Shown piece after piece: positions 8,454 through 18,854 of a DNA stretch of 64,000 nt (position 1 is its first letter; the number at the start of each line of letters is the position of its first letter). The DNA lies in assembly GCA_028687915.1 (NCBI GenBank), contig JAQTZF010000001.1, forward strand, positions 610,634 to 674,633. The letters run 5' to 3'. The stretch is from Candidatus Daviesbacteria bacterium (GTDB taxonomy: Bacteria > Patescibacteriota > Microgenomatia > Daviesbacterales > UBA10151). The notes beneath the pieces are model-generated. The model ran no database searches and had not been told where the DNA came from. It worked only from the letters and a program-made list of their open reading frames with translations. The position numbers and the translations under genes were made by a program.

Positions 8454-8999
8454 ATGAAAAAGCCGGTCTTAATCATAAAAATTATAATTTTTTGTATTGT
8501 TGCCTTAATTGGGGTGCTTTTGGTGTTGGTTTTATTTCCCTCCAAAACCCCTTTAAAAGCATTTATTGTTTTATCCGGCAGTATGGAACCTAATATTTCT
8601 GCAGGATCCATGATTATTGTAGAGCATCAAGCACGGATTTTTTCTAATGGGGATATAATCACCTTTATCCATCCAAATAATCCTACTGAGTATGTAACTC
8701 ATAGAGTAATTGGTACAAAGGTAGAGGGAAATAGTTTAAGTTACCTTACCAAAGGAGACGCAAATGATTCCCAGGATATGTGGTTAGTTCAAAAAGAATC
8801 TGTTTGGGGAAAAGTTAGTTTGGTTGTTCCTCTTCTTGGGTATTTAATCAATTTTTCTAAAACTAAGATTGGTTTAGTGGTGATAGTCCTTTTACCATTA
8901 TTGTTTATAGCTATTAGCGAAATTTTAGTAATTTTTAAAGAGGTAAAACAAATCAGAAGAACAAAAAGAAAGATACAGCGAATCAAATTAAATCTATGA
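8454..8999 (+). CDS. sipW: ER/archaeal-type signal peptidase I (SipW-like, S26B); listed ORF starts at TTG 8436 inside the palindrome
   Basis: VLSGSMEPNISAGSMIIVE ... THRVI motifs of Sec11/SipW-type SPase. Confidence 0.8.
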   Translation: MKKPVLIIKIIIFCIVALIGVLLVLVLFPSKTPLKAFIVLSGSMEPNISAGSMIIVEHQARIFSNGDIITFIHPNNPTEYVTHRVIGTKVEGNSLSYLTKGDANDSQDMWLVQKESVWGKVSLVVPLLGYLINFSKTKIGLVVIVLLPLLFIAISEILVIFKEVKQIRRTKRKIQRIKLNL

Positions 9000-10267
9000 A
9001 ACACATATTTGCAGTTATTTCATTATTAATTGTTTTAGTCAGTTTAAAAACTATTTTACCAATTGAAGTTTCTAAAGCTTTGTTTACGAGTTCTGCAAGT
9101 GTTACAAATAATAATATTTCCACTGGTAGTTGGCCTACTCCAACCCCTGTTGCCATAAAATTACTGGTTAATCACCAAAACGTAAGCCAATTTAGTGCAA
9201 TGCCTGATACTGTAATTACTCAAGCCTCAGCTTTAAAAATGATGTTCAGACATGCCTCAGTGGGATCAAATATTAATGATGGTTTAAATGCTCTCACTGC
9301 TCAAAACACCAAATACAACAGAACCAACTGGTCCTTTCAGGCCAGAGGTAATCCTGGCTGGCAGGCAAAGGTGGATGATTTTGATGTTCAGGTAGCCCTA
9401 CAAGCAAGCACAATGGATGTTCTCTCACAAAAGTTTTGCTATATAGATCAGGGAGCTGACTGGAATTATTACAGAACCCATATGGAAGCTTTAATGGCTG
9501 CCTATCCTACCAAAAAGTTTATCTGGTGGACCATGCCCATTATGACCTCAGGTGATCCCTCAAGAGATGCTTTTAATAATAATTTAAGAACTTATGCAGC
9601 TACCCACAATATAATTCTTTTTGATCTGGCTGCTATTGAATCACATGATCCAGCAGGTAATGCTATTACCTCAGGTGGTCTGGAAGCTATGTATCCTGCT
9701 TATTCTTCTGATGGAGGACATCTAACTGCTGCAGGATCACAAAGGGTAGCTCAGGCTTTTTGGGTGATGATGGCAAGAATCTCAGGGTGGGATGGTGTAA
9801 TTCCAACACCAACTCCAACCTCAACACCAACCCCAAATCCCTATGCTGCTAATACAAGGCTTGATCCAGCAAGCACAACTATTTCTGTAAACCAAAACTT
9901 TACTGTTAATTTGATGGTAACCAATGCTATAAACCTGGGAGGATTTGATTCTACAATATCTTTTAATCCTGCTAATGTAGAATTTGTTAGTGCTTCTTTG
10001 GGTTCTTTATTAAATAGTACTGGTAGATATGCAAATCCATTAGGCCCAATAGTTAATAATACAAGTGGAACTGTAGGTTATGGTTCTTACTCTTTAGGTA
10101 GTACTCCAGCAGGACCAAATGGAGATGGGGTAGTTGCAAGCTTTACTTTTCGGGCAAAAGCTTCGGGTTCAAGTAATTTAAATCTCAGTGATATTCAAGT
10201 AAATGATATTTGGGGAAACTCTCAATTAAATGGTCAAATCACAGGAGGGACTGTTATAGTTCAATAA
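8996..10267 (+). CDS. secreted SGNH/GDSL-like hydrolase with C-terminal cohesin-like beta-sandwich domain; SipW-cognate-like N-terminus
   Basis: N-term KALFTSSASVTNNNISTGSW; DGGHLTAAG (SGNH block V-like); PT-rich linker; C-term TISVNQNFTVNLMV...GGFDSTISFNPANVEFVSAS cohesin-like. Confidence 0.4.
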   Translation: MKHIFAVISLLIVLVSLKTILPIEVSKALFTSSASVTNNNISTGSWPTPTPVAIKLLVNHQNVSQFSAMPDTVITQASALKMMFRHASVGSNINDGLNALTAQNTKYNRTNWSFQARGNPGWQAKVDDFDVQVALQASTMDVLSQKFCYIDQGADWNYYRTHMEALMAAYPTKKFIWWTMPIMTSGDPSRDAFNNNLRTYAATHNIILFDLAAIESHDPAGNAITSGGLEAMYPAYSSDGGHLTAAGSQRVAQAFWVMMARISGWDGVIPTPTPTSTPTPNPYAANTRLDPASTTISVNQNFTVNLMVTNAINLGGFDSTISFNPANVEFVSASLGSLLNSTGRYANPLGPIVNNTSGTVGYGSYSLGSTPAGPNGDGVVASFTFRAKASGSSNLNLSDIQVNDIWGNSQLNGQITGGTVIVQ

Positions 10268-10270
10268 TTT

Positions 10271-10918
10271 ATGCTTATTTTTAAGTTTTTAATAGCAGTT
10301 ATATTAACTTTTAATTTCTTTACTTTATCGGGGTTGGTTAGGGCTGCTGATTTAGAAATTACCTGTTCTCAAAAGGAATGTTTAAAATCAACAGAACAGC
10401 CTTTGTTTAGTTCAAATGATGGTTTATGGTATCCAGGTAAATCTATTTCCAAAATTATTATCATAAAAAATGAAGGTCAGACTGAAAAGGAAGTAAACTT
10501 ACAAAACAGTAAAAAATACCAAATGGGCAATTTGGAAAATGTTTTAAATGTAACTCTTACAAATAACCAAAATAAAAATATTATTTGGAGGGGAAGTCTT
10601 AAAAATCTTAATGGTAAAAAATCAGTTTCCTTAGGAAAGATAAGGGCTAATGAAAGTTTAGAACTAATAACTACTTTGGCAATGGCAGAATCAGCCCCTC
10701 TTGATTTTCAATCTCAAAAGGCAATCTTTGATTTGACTTTCAATTTTACTGCTGATCAAAGAGCCAGCCAAAATCGATCGCATGAGAAGGGAAATGTTTT
10801 AGGTGAATCAACAGTAGAATTAGGGGACCAGGGATTGGTTTTTAAGTTAATTCAGATCTTTCAGGATCTTTTATCAAAGTTTTTTAATCTATTTGGTTTT
10901 TTAGGTAAAAGGAATTAA
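10271..10918 (+). CDS. secreted hypothetical protein
   Basis: signal peptide ...TLSGLVRAAD; Asn/Lys-rich body; no family recognised. Confidence 0.4.
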   Translation: MLIFKFLIAVILTFNFFTLSGLVRAADLEITCSQKECLKSTEQPLFSSNDGLWYPGKSISKIIIIKNEGQTEKEVNLQNSKKYQMGNLENVLNVTLTNNQNKNIIWRGSLKNLNGKKSVSLGKIRANESLELITTLAMAESAPLDFQSQKAIFDLTFNFTADQRASQNRSHEKGNVLGESTVELGDQGLVFKLIQIFQDLLSKFFNLFGFLGKRN

Positions 10919-10922
10919 ATTT

Positions 10923-12305
10923 ATGAGTTTAGAATCCGGTGTAATTAGAGGTAATACAGAACAAGTATCAGAGAATAGTAAAAAGTGGAGGAGGATTGTT
11001 GATGATCCTTTAAACCAAATACTAAGAATTGCTGCTACAGGTGAACGGTGGGGAGCTGAAATCCTGGAAAATATAGAAAAGCGTTATCGTAGGACAGCAC
11101 TAGCTCCTCTTGTAGTAGCTACATTAACAGTGGCTAGTATCACTGCGGCGGATGTATTACCGCGTATCTTAAGCGCTGACTCAATATTTCCTCCTCCTGC
11201 TGCAGGAGATTCAACAAGGGTAAGAATAATAAATTATTATCGTTCTCCTATTGTAGCCACAACAAATATTACTAATGTGGTGGGGGTAAGTGGTTATTAT
11301 ACTAATACAGTTTCTGGATGCAGCTATGGTTATATGCGGGCAAAGTATGCTACGGGTTTACCAGAGCATCTTAATGATGGTGCGGCAACAATTTTTGCTG
11401 AATTACCAGATGGGTTTCAGGCTTCAATTGAGACTGAATTTGGGGGTTATGATCCAGCTGTGGCTCCAACATTAACCTTGGAGGAACAAGCACGCCGGGT
11501 GGACCGGATGTTTAACCAGGGAATTGTAAATGGCAGCACACTTCAATTTATAGCTGGTCGTTATAGAGAGAATATTTGTACCAGTAATTATTCAAAAGAA
11601 GCTGATGATTATGATATGCCTAATGGAAGCAATGATGCTGGAGATGTCCAAAGGGCTGCTGCTTTATATAGACAAACATATCCAATTGCTGGTATTACAA
11701 ATAACTTAAGCCAAATAGCTGTTAATTTATTAGGTTTATCTCCTATGGTTAATATATCCTTTGATCCTGAAAGTAACCCTGTAAGAGCAGGAGGAATAGT
11801 TACTAAAACTATTATAGGAAAAGATGTAAGAGCTACTGAAGGTGTGGGTGGGGAAGAGATTCATTTAGTTTTTGATCCACAAAAAATTGAATTAAAAGAG
11901 ATTAAGCCAAATGCTGATTTTAGTAAAACCGGTAGGGTGGTTGCTCCTGCTTTAGGTCCAGGTCAAGTATTGGATGCAGTAGAGAAAGCTAATAAGGATG
12001 GTTCTATTACTTTTCCATTTATTAGCTGGGGTAAATACCCTAATGGTCCTGAGGGTGATATTAAGTTAATTGATGTAGTTATGCAGGTTAAGCCTGGAAT
12101 TTCTTCAGGTGAAATACGATTAGAAGCTGATGTCTCTTTAAATAAAGTATCAGGTGATGCAATTGGTAAAGGAAGGTCGATTGGGACTATAAATATTGCT
12201 TCAGAAGCCACTCCTATACCTACTGTTATACCTACAGCAACACCTGTTATTGAGAATTTGAATTATAAATCCTATTTAACCGGAATTCAAAGAAACGCAC
12301 CTTAA
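10923..12305 (+). CDS. hypothetical membrane-anchored/secreted protein
   Basis: long charged N-region followed by hydrophobic segment (ALAPLVVATLTVASITAADVL); PT-rich C-terminus. Confidence 0.4.
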   Translation: MSLESGVIRGNTEQVSENSKKWRRIVDDPLNQILRIAATGERWGAEILENIEKRYRRTALAPLVVATLTVASITAADVLPRILSADSIFPPPAAGDSTRVRIINYYRSPIVATTNITNVVGVSGYYTNTVSGCSYGYMRAKYATGLPEHLNDGAATIFAELPDGFQASIETEFGGYDPAVAPTLTLEEQARRVDRMFNQGIVNGSTLQFIAGRYRENICTSNYSKEADDYDMPNGSNDAGDVQRAAALYRQTYPIAGITNNLSQIAVNLLGLSPMVNISFDPESNPVRAGGIVTKTIIGKDVRATEGVGGEEIHLVFDPQKIELKEIKPNADFSKTGRVVAPALGPGQVLDAVEKANKDGSITFPFISWGKYPNGPEGDIKLIDVVMQVKPGISSGEIRLEADVSLNKVSGDAIGKGRSIGTINIASEATPIPTVIPTATPVIENLNYKSYLTGIQRNAP

Positions 12306-12320
12306 TTATCAGCAGATTGT

Positions 12321-13556
12321 TTACCTGCTAATAGGTATAGAGAAAGAAAAAGTGGTTCCTTTACCAAGCTCGCTGGTTGGAGCATATAATATACCACCGC
12401 AGTCTTCTATATTTTTCTTAGCCATTCCTATGCCTTTTCCTGAGCTTCCTTTTTTAGAAAACCCATCAATCATGCAGTTTTTTAAGTCTTCAGGGGACAT
12501 ACCAGGACCGTTGTCGATTACAGAGATGGTAAGTACTCCGTTTATAGCATTAGTGTAAAGATCAATTTTTGTTGCTCCTGCTTGCTCGGCGTTAAATATA
12601 AAAACTCCTAAAGCACGTAGGAATTTACCTTCATCTATTTTAATATTAACTGATTCATTTAATTGAGTTACTTTGAGTTCTGTGTCACCACTAATAAATG
12701 CTCTTTTGCTGGTTGTAGCTGCAGACAAAAATTCATTTGCGTCTACAACTATTAATTTTGGCTCTCTTAAATATTCAAGTTGGTCCAGGGCTTCTGTAAT
12801 TAATTGCTCAAGCCTATTTGCACCTGTTAATATATACTTAGAACAAGTATCTACAGTTGTTATATTAAGAGTATCGTTTTTTTCACAGTCTTTTGTTAAT
12901 AATTGTGCAAATCCACTGATAATTGTTAAAGGAGATCTTAAATCATGTGCAATATCTTGCACTGTAGGTATTATTGCTTCTGCTTTTAATAGCTGATATT
13001 CTAATTGTTTAACTCTATCTCTTAATTTTTGTTCTGTAATATCAGTTATCTTTATTGCTACATCTATCTTATCCTGTATTGACATGCGGATTGGAAAAGC
13101 ACTAATTCCATACCAACGCCCATTTGTGATATCTTCAGCTTCAGTTTGAGAATAAGTTAGCCTGCCTGATTGTATTTCCTGAAATATTGAATGAGCTTCA
13201 GCGTCATCAGCTACTTGACCTGCCAAAAATATTGCTATTTTATCAGAAATATTGCTGGAGGCTTTAGTTAATTGCTTTGAAGCGCTGTTTTCCCAGAAAG
13301 CATTTGTTTCCAAATCAACAGCTGGTTCTGCACAATAAATTAATACTCCATCTTTTTCCTCACCATAGGAAATAGCTAACTTATCTCTGTAGGATTTGTC
13401 CAATAACTCATCTAATTTAAGTGGGGTTGTGGGACATTGCCTTAATAACCATTCGGTGCTTAGCCGGTTTGGATCTTGTCCATAGAGAGTCCTCTCAACG
13501 GGTTTTGAGTCTGTTTTTGTATTTATGTTTGATTTAATGGTTAGTTCAGAAATCAT
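12321..13556 (-). CDS. sensor histidine kinase with PAS-like N-terminal domain (no cognate response regulator in window)
   Basis: H-box HDLRSPLTIISGFAQLL; HATPase_c GKGIGMA...GKGTTFSFSIPI. Confidence 0.8.
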   Translation of the reverse strand: MISELTIKSNINTKTDSKPVERTLYGQDPNRLSTEWLLRQCPTTPLKLDELLDKSYRDKLAISYGEEKDGVLIYCAEPAVDLETNAFWENSASKQLTKASSNISDKIAIFLAGQVADDAEAHSIFQEIQSGRLTYSQTEAEDITNGRWYGISAFPIRMSIQDKIDVAIKITDITEQKLRDRVKQLEYQLLKAEAIIPTVQDIAHDLRSPLTIISGFAQLLTKDCEKNDTLNITTVDTCSKYILTGANRLEQLITEALDQLEYLREPKLIVVDANEFLSAATTSKRAFISGDTELKVTQLNESVNIKIDEGKFLRALGVFIFNAEQAGATKIDLYTNAINGVLTISVIDNGPGMSPEDLKNCMIDGFSKKGSSGKGIGMAKKNIEDCGGILYAPTSELGKGTTFSFSIPISR

Positions 13557-13659
13557 ATCTGCTAATTATATTATATCTTATAGTAAATATCAACTTTCTG
13601 ATAATGTACAGATATTTACAATTAAATACCATAGTAATACAATTACAGCGCAATCGGAT

Positions 13660-14334
13660 ATGAAAATTTTTAATATAGTAAATAAAAATTTACAGTCTTC
13701 CATCAATCACCCCTTCACAAAGAGCGTTCTAGAAAATAAGAGCTTTCCCATCATAACAATTTCTCGCGAAAAAGGCGCGGGCGGTATTGTTGTTGCTGAA
13801 AAACTAGCTAAAAAACTTGGTAAAAAGTGGGATTATTACCATAAAGATATAGTAGATCAAATTGCAAAGGAATCAAAAACATCTCCTGAGAGGGTTGAAG
13901 AGCTGGAAGAAAAACCAATTCCGTACTTGCAAGACTTTCTAGAAGGCTGGATTGGTGGGGACGGTATGGATGTAAATAAATACCATAAAAATCTTATTAA
14001 AGTGCTTTATGCACTCGGAAGTAAGGGACATTCTATTTTAGTTGGACGGGGAGCAAACTTCATTTTCCCCAACTCTTTGAAGGTTCGTATTATTGCTGAT
14101 AAAGAGCAAAGAATTAAATGGCTGATGCAATATGAGAAGTTATCAGAAAAGGCAGCTACAGAGGAAGCAGATGAAACAGATAAAGAAAGCACAAAATTTA
14201 TCTCTAATTTATATAATAAAGATATAACTGATCCTAAAAACTATGATTTGGTTATTAAAACCAGCCTTGTCTTACCAGCGGAAGAAGCAGTTGATATTAT
14301 TGCCAGGGTAGCGAAAAAGAGGTTTAAACTCTAA
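13660..14334 (+). CDS. cytidylate kinase-like family protein (start chosen at ATG 13660)
   Basis: ITISREKGAGG P-loop-like motif of PF13189 family; upstream part of listed ORF overlaps the HK gene. Confidence 0.55.
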   Translation: MKIFNIVNKNLQSSINHPFTKSVLENKSFPIITISREKGAGGIVVAEKLAKKLGKKWDYYHKDIVDQIAKESKTSPERVEELEEKPIPYLQDFLEGWIGGDGMDVNKYHKNLIKVLYALGSKGHSILVGRGANFIFPNSLKVRIIADKEQRIKWLMQYEKLSEKAATEEADETDKESTKFISNLYNKDITDPKNYDLVIKTSLVLPAEEAVDIIARVAKKRFKL

Positions 14335-14342
14335 AATTAGTT

Positions 14343-14678
14343 GTGATCCTAAAAAACCTTTCCCAAAAAACTATTCTTTGTTCAAATTTAAAAATTGCCT
14401 CAACATTTTTTGACAATTTGTTTGGATTATTAAGACAATCTAATCAGGGAATGTTATTTTATACCAGATTTGGAATTCATACTTTTGGGATGACTAAAAA
14501 TATAGATGTATTAATCTTAGATAAAGAGCATAAGGTTGTAAAAATAAATATAGGCTTGCATCATAATCAACTATTCTTTTGGAACCCAAAATATAATATT
14601 GTAATTGAATTGCCTGAAGGCTCTGTTAATATCAGTAAAACAAAGCCAGGAGATCAGCTTTTTTGGGCAAAAAAATAG
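14343..14678 (+). CDS. DUF192 family protein
   Basis: GLL+...GMLFY...GIHTFGM....DV..LD pattern of DUF192 (COG1430). Confidence 0.55.
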   Translation: MILKNLSQKTILCSNLKIASTFFDNLFGLLRQSNQGMLFYTRFGIHTFGMTKNIDVLILDKEHKVVKINIGLHHNQLFFWNPKYNIVIELPEGSVNISKTKPGDQLFWAKK

Positions 14679-14730
14679 CCTCAGCTTTTAAACTAAAGGC
14701 TATTATTTTCGGATTAATCCAAAAAAAGAA

Positions 14731-15078
14731 TTATCTTCTTCCTCCGCCACGTTTATCGTAGCCTCCGCCATTTCCACCTCTATTTTGATAACCACCGTTA
14801 TCTCTACGGAAATTATCTCCTTGAGGTCTTTCTTCTCTTGGTCTGGCGACGGATACAGCTAATGCTCTTCCGTTCATGTCAGAACCATTCAAATCTTGAA
14901 TAGCTTTATTTGCTTCATCGTCATTTTGCATTTCTACAAAACCGAATCCTCTTGATTGTCCTGTAAACTTATCCATTACAACAGTTGCAGATACAACTTG
15001 TCCGAATTTCTCGAACATTTCTTGTAACTCTTGGCTGGTTGTACTGTATGGTAAGCTTCCAACGAATATCTTTGTCAT
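14731..15078 (-). CDS. RRM-domain RNA-binding protein with Gly/Arg-rich tail
   Basis: RNP-2 KIFVGSL and RNP-1 RGFGFVEM motifs; start at MTKIF. Confidence 0.85.
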   Translation of the reverse strand: MTKIFVGSLPYSTTSQELQEMFEKFGQVVSATVVMDKFTGQSRGFGFVEMQNDDEANKAIQDLNGSDMNGRALAVSVARPREERPQGDNFRRDNGGYQNRGGNGGGYDKRGGGRR

Positions 15079-15311
15079 TAATATCACCACCTTTCTATGT
15101 GTGTTAAACTGCGCTAAAAATCAAATGAAAATCAGGGAAAATTGAAAACATGAAGTGGGCTGTCGTTTAAATAATACTTTCTACTCTACTGATCGCTCAG
15201 AAGTAAGTTGAGTATAGCAGGTTGCTGTTTGAATAGCAATATACACTAAATATCAGGAAGCATTACATGCTTTGAAATTTTATCTGGAAATGATAGACTA
15301 GCCTGTAATAT

Positions 15312-16388
15312 ATGAAATCAATTTTTTCATTCTTAAAACTACATAAAAAAGCTCTAATTGCTTTGATACTTTTTATAATTTTAGCTGTCTTTATTTCTTT
15401 CAGAGTGGGTTGGATAGGATCAAAAGAACCGGTATATAAAACTATAACTTTATCAAAAGGGGATTTAGCAACTGTGATTAATGCTTCAGGTCAGATTGAG
15501 TCTGAAAATGAAGCTACTTTAAGCTTTCTTAGTCCAGGAAGGATAGCATTTTTGGGGTTTAAAACAGGTGATAATGTTAGCAAAGGCCAGGTAATTGCTT
15601 CACTGGATTCTACTCAGGCACAATTAACATATAATAAGGCACAATCAGCTTATAAAAGTGCTCAATCATCTCTTACAAAAGTTTTGGATGATATTCATTT
15701 AGCTCAATATGGGAATGGCGGGTTTTCAAATGTTGGTTCCAGTAATGAAACAATGACTCAAAAAAATACCAGAGAGTTAGCAGAAAACGCCAAGGATGAG
15801 GCTTTTCGTGATTTACAATCAGCTGCTAAGGCATTGGAGTTTTCTACAATAATTGCTCCATTTGATGGTATTATTTCTGATATTTCAGGGATATATGTTG
15901 GTCAAAATGTATCTGCTGCCAGCCCCAGTTCAGTAAAAATCGTAGGACTTGGTCAGTTAAAATTTGTGGCCAATGTTGATGAAATTGATTATTCTAAGTT
16001 AAAAGTAGGTGATCAGGCGGAAATTTTACTTGATGCTTATCCTGATGAAAAATTTAGTGGCCAAATCACTAAAATTGGAGCTGTTGCTACAAGACTTACC
16101 ACAGGTGGGTCTGTTGTGCCTGCTGATTTAACAATTAATAACACTGAGAAGCTGAAAAGTGGATTAAATGGTGAAATGAATGTCACTATTACTTCTAAAA
16201 CTAGTGTTTTGGTCTTGCCAAACTCTGCTATCAGAAAAGAAGGGGACTCTAGGTATGTTTATGTGTTAATCAATAACAAGGTAGAAAAAAGGAATATTAC
16301 TGTGGGTGAAACACTAGGCAGTCAAACAGAAGTTATTGGTGGTTTAAATGAAGGTGATGCTGTAGTTTTGGGTGATATTGTAAAATGA
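15312..16388 (+). CDS. efflux membrane fusion protein (HlyD/MacA-like periplasmic adaptor)
   Basis: N-terminal TM, biotinyl/lipoyl-like and beta-barrel MFP segments; precedes MacB-like ATPase and permease. Confidence 0.8.
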   Translation: MKSIFSFLKLHKKALIALILFIILAVFISFRVGWIGSKEPVYKTITLSKGDLATVINASGQIESENEATLSFLSPGRIAFLGFKTGDNVSKGQVIASLDSTQAQLTYNKAQSAYKSAQSSLTKVLDDIHLAQYGNGGFSNVGSSNETMTQKNTRELAENAKDEAFRDLQSAAKALEFSTIIAPFDGIISDISGIYVGQNVSAASPSSVKIVGLGQLKFVANVDEIDYSKLKVGDQAEILLDAYPDEKFSGQITKIGAVATRLTTGGSVVPADLTINNTEKLKSGLNGEMNVTITSKTSVLVLPNSAIRKEGDSRYVYVLINNKVEKRNITVGETLGSQTEVIGGLNEGDAVVLGDIVK

Positions 16389-17050
16389 TTCTTTCGTTGC
16401 GAAACGTAACAAAAACCTATTGTCTTGAAGGTGCTGAAGTGCGTGCTCTTGATGGTGTGAGCATAGATATTAAAGAAGGAGAGTTTGTGGCGATTGTTGG
16501 ACCTTCTGGTTCTGGTAAATCTACTCTTATGCATATCGTTGGTTTGCTTGATACCCCAACTTCCGGAAAAGTTCTTTTAGAAGATAAAGAGGTAACCCGT
16601 ATGTCAGAAGCAACTTTAGCAAAACTGCGAAATGAGCATATTGGATTTGTTTTTCAGCAATTTAATCTTTTACCAAGAGTTTCAGCTTTGGAAAATGTGG
16701 AGTTGCCTTTAATTTATAAAGGTGTGGGGGCTGGTGAAAGAAGACAAAGAGCCACTAAGATGCTTGAGATGGTTGGGTTGGGTGAGAGATTAAATAATTG
16801 GCCAAATCAATTATCCGGAGGCCAGCAACAAAGAGTAGCTATTGCCAGAGCTTTGATTTTAAATCCTCTGATTATTTTGGCTGATGAACCAACCGGAAAT
16901 TTAGATTCTAAAACAGGCAAAGATATTTTAGATCTTTTGCATAAGTTGAATAAAGAAGGTCATACTGTAGTTTTAGTAACACATGATTCGGATGTAGCAG
17001 TAAGTGCAAAAAGGCAGATAAAAATCAGAGATGGAAAGGTGGTTTCGTAA
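16385..17050 (+). CDS. ABC transporter ATP-binding protein (MacB/LolD/FtsE-like)
   Basis: Walker A GPSGSGKST, signature LSGGQQQRVAIARAL, Walker B ILADEPTGNLD. Confidence 0.9.
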   Translation: MILSLRNVTKTYCLEGAEVRALDGVSIDIKEGEFVAIVGPSGSGKSTLMHIVGLLDTPTSGKVLLEDKEVTRMSEATLAKLRNEHIGFVFQQFNLLPRVSALENVELPLIYKGVGAGERRQRATKMLEMVGLGERLNNWPNQLSGGQQQRVAIARALILNPLIILADEPTGNLDSKTGKDILDLLHKLNKEGHTVVLVTHDSDVAVSAKRQIKIRDGKVVS

Positions 17051-18251
17051 AATGCAATTTAACCAAATTATTTCAATGGCGCTACGTTCTCTTCAGGCCA
17101 ATAAAGTTCGTTCTTTTTTAACCATGTTAGGTGTAATTATTGGTGTAGCCTCTGTTATTTTATTGGTATCTGTAGGTTCTGGTTTACAAAAATATATTTC
17201 TAATCAATTAGAAGGAATTGGTTCAAATTTAATTTTAATTGTGCCTGGTAAATTAGATCTTAAAAAAGTAAGTCAGGGTGGTGGTCCAACAGCAGGTCTT
17301 TTAACTTCTAAATTAACCTCAAAGGATGCAAAAGATTTAGTTTCAAATAGTTCTTTTATAAAAGCTGCTGCACCAGGCACAACTGCTCAGGCTGCTATTA
17401 AATATGGAACAGAAAAGATGTTTTCTCAGGTTGTAGGAATTACTGCTAATTATCCGGAAATTATGAACTCACCGTTGGCTTTGGGTGAACATTTTACCGA
17501 AACTGATGATCGTGGTGGGAGACGTGTGGCAGTAATAGGATCAGAAGTTGCTAAAACTTTATTTAAAAGTGATGATCCTTTAAATAAGAAAATATCCATT
17601 GGAGACACTAAATTTACAGTTATTGGCGTTTTAAACAGCCGGGGTTTAGGGGGAGCAAGTGAGGATCATGTAGTTATACCAATTACTGTAGCAATGAGAA
17701 TATTTAATCAACAAAAAGTACAAGTAATTTATGCTCAGGCAAATAATGCTGAACAGGTAGATCAGGCTATTGCTGAGGCAAAAACTATATTATTAAATAG
17801 ACTGACAGAGGATGATTTTACAATCCTGACACAAAAAGATATTTTAGGGGCTGTCTCTTCGATTTTAGGAACATTGACTGTGGCTTTGGGAGGTATTGCT
17901 GCTATATCTTTGATTGTGGGAGGAATTGGAATTATGAATATTATGTTAGTCTCAGTTACAGAAAGAACGCATGAGATTGGTTTACGTAAGGCTTTGGGAG
18001 CAACACCAAACGTGATTTTAATGCAATTCTTAATCGAAGCGATTGTTCTTTCAGCTGGTGGAGGGATTATTGGAATACTAATTGGAGGTGGGGGTGCTTT
18101 ACTTCTAAGTAGTGTTATTCCATCACAGGTAACTTTTTGGGCAGTTCTACTAGCGTTCTCAGTTTCATTTATTATAGGAATCATCTTTGGGGTTATGCCA
18201 GCTCGTAAGGCTTCACGAATGAGTCCAATTGAAGCTCTTCGTTATGAATGA
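17031..18251 (+). CDS. ABC transporter permease, FtsX/MacB family
   Basis: MacB_PCD-like periplasmic domain plus 4 TM FtsX C-terminus. Confidence 0.85.
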   Translation: MERWFRKMQFNQIISMALRSLQANKVRSFLTMLGVIIGVASVILLVSVGSGLQKYISNQLEGIGSNLILIVPGKLDLKKVSQGGGPTAGLLTSKLTSKDAKDLVSNSSFIKAAAPGTTAQAAIKYGTEKMFSQVVGITANYPEIMNSPLALGEHFTETDDRGGRRVAVIGSEVAKTLFKSDDPLNKKISIGDTKFTVIGVLNSRGLGGASEDHVVIPITVAMRIFNQQKVQVIYAQANNAEQVDQAIAEAKTILLNRLTEDDFTILTQKDILGAVSSILGTLTVALGGIAAISLIVGGIGIMNIMLVSVTERTHEIGLRKALGATPNVILMQFLIEAIVLSAGGGIIGILIGGGGALLLSSVIPSQVTFWAVLLAFSVSFIIGIIFGVMPARKASRMSPIEALRYE

Positions 18252-18837
18252 AGAAAAAAGTATTAATTTAAGGTTTTTTGCTATAGCTTTAGTTTTATTA
18301 ATTGTGGGTATTCTTTTGCTTTTTTTAGGTTTTAATCAAGGTTCTTCTGAAACAGTTAATAAAACAGAAACTCCTCAGCCTTCAGTAAGTTCAACTCAGT
18401 CTGCCCGTATATCTGAGGAGCCTATTAAAGGGGAAGAGGCAGAAGTAACCAGAGTAGTTGATGGAGATACAATTGTTATTTCCAGTGGAGAAAAAGTTAG
18501 ATATATTGGCATTGATACACCAGAAACAGTTGACCCAAGGAGAGCTGTTGGTTGTTTTGGTAAGGAAGCATCAAATGAGAATAAAAAATTAGTTGAAGGA
18601 AAAACTGTAGTTTTGATGAAAGATATATCTGATAAGGATCAATTTGGTAGATTGTTAAGGCTGGTATATTTGAAACAGGATGATGGGAATTTCATTTTTG
18701 TAAATGATTATTTAGTAAGAGAAGGTTTTGCTAAGGCATCAACTTATCCTCCGGATGTTAAATTTTCCAAACAATTTGTGGAGGCTGAAAGAGAAGCCAG
18801 GGAAGCGTCCCGGGGCTTGTGGAAGATGTGTTTGTAA
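18229..18837 (+). CDS. thermonuclease (staphylococcal nuclease-like), membrane anchored
   Basis: VTRVVDGDTIVI...RYIGIDTPE SNase motifs. Confidence 0.8.
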   Translation: MKLFVMNEEKSINLRFFAIALVLLIVGILLLFLGFNQGSSETVNKTETPQPSVSSTQSARISEEPIKGEEAEVTRVVDGDTIVISSGEKVRYIGIDTPETVDPRRAVGCFGKEASNENKKLVEGKTVVLMKDISDKDQFGRLLRLVYLKQDDGNFIFVNDYLVREGFAKASTYPPDVKFSKQFVEAEREAREASRGLWKMCL

Positions 18838-18854
18838 CGTGTATAATAAATAAA

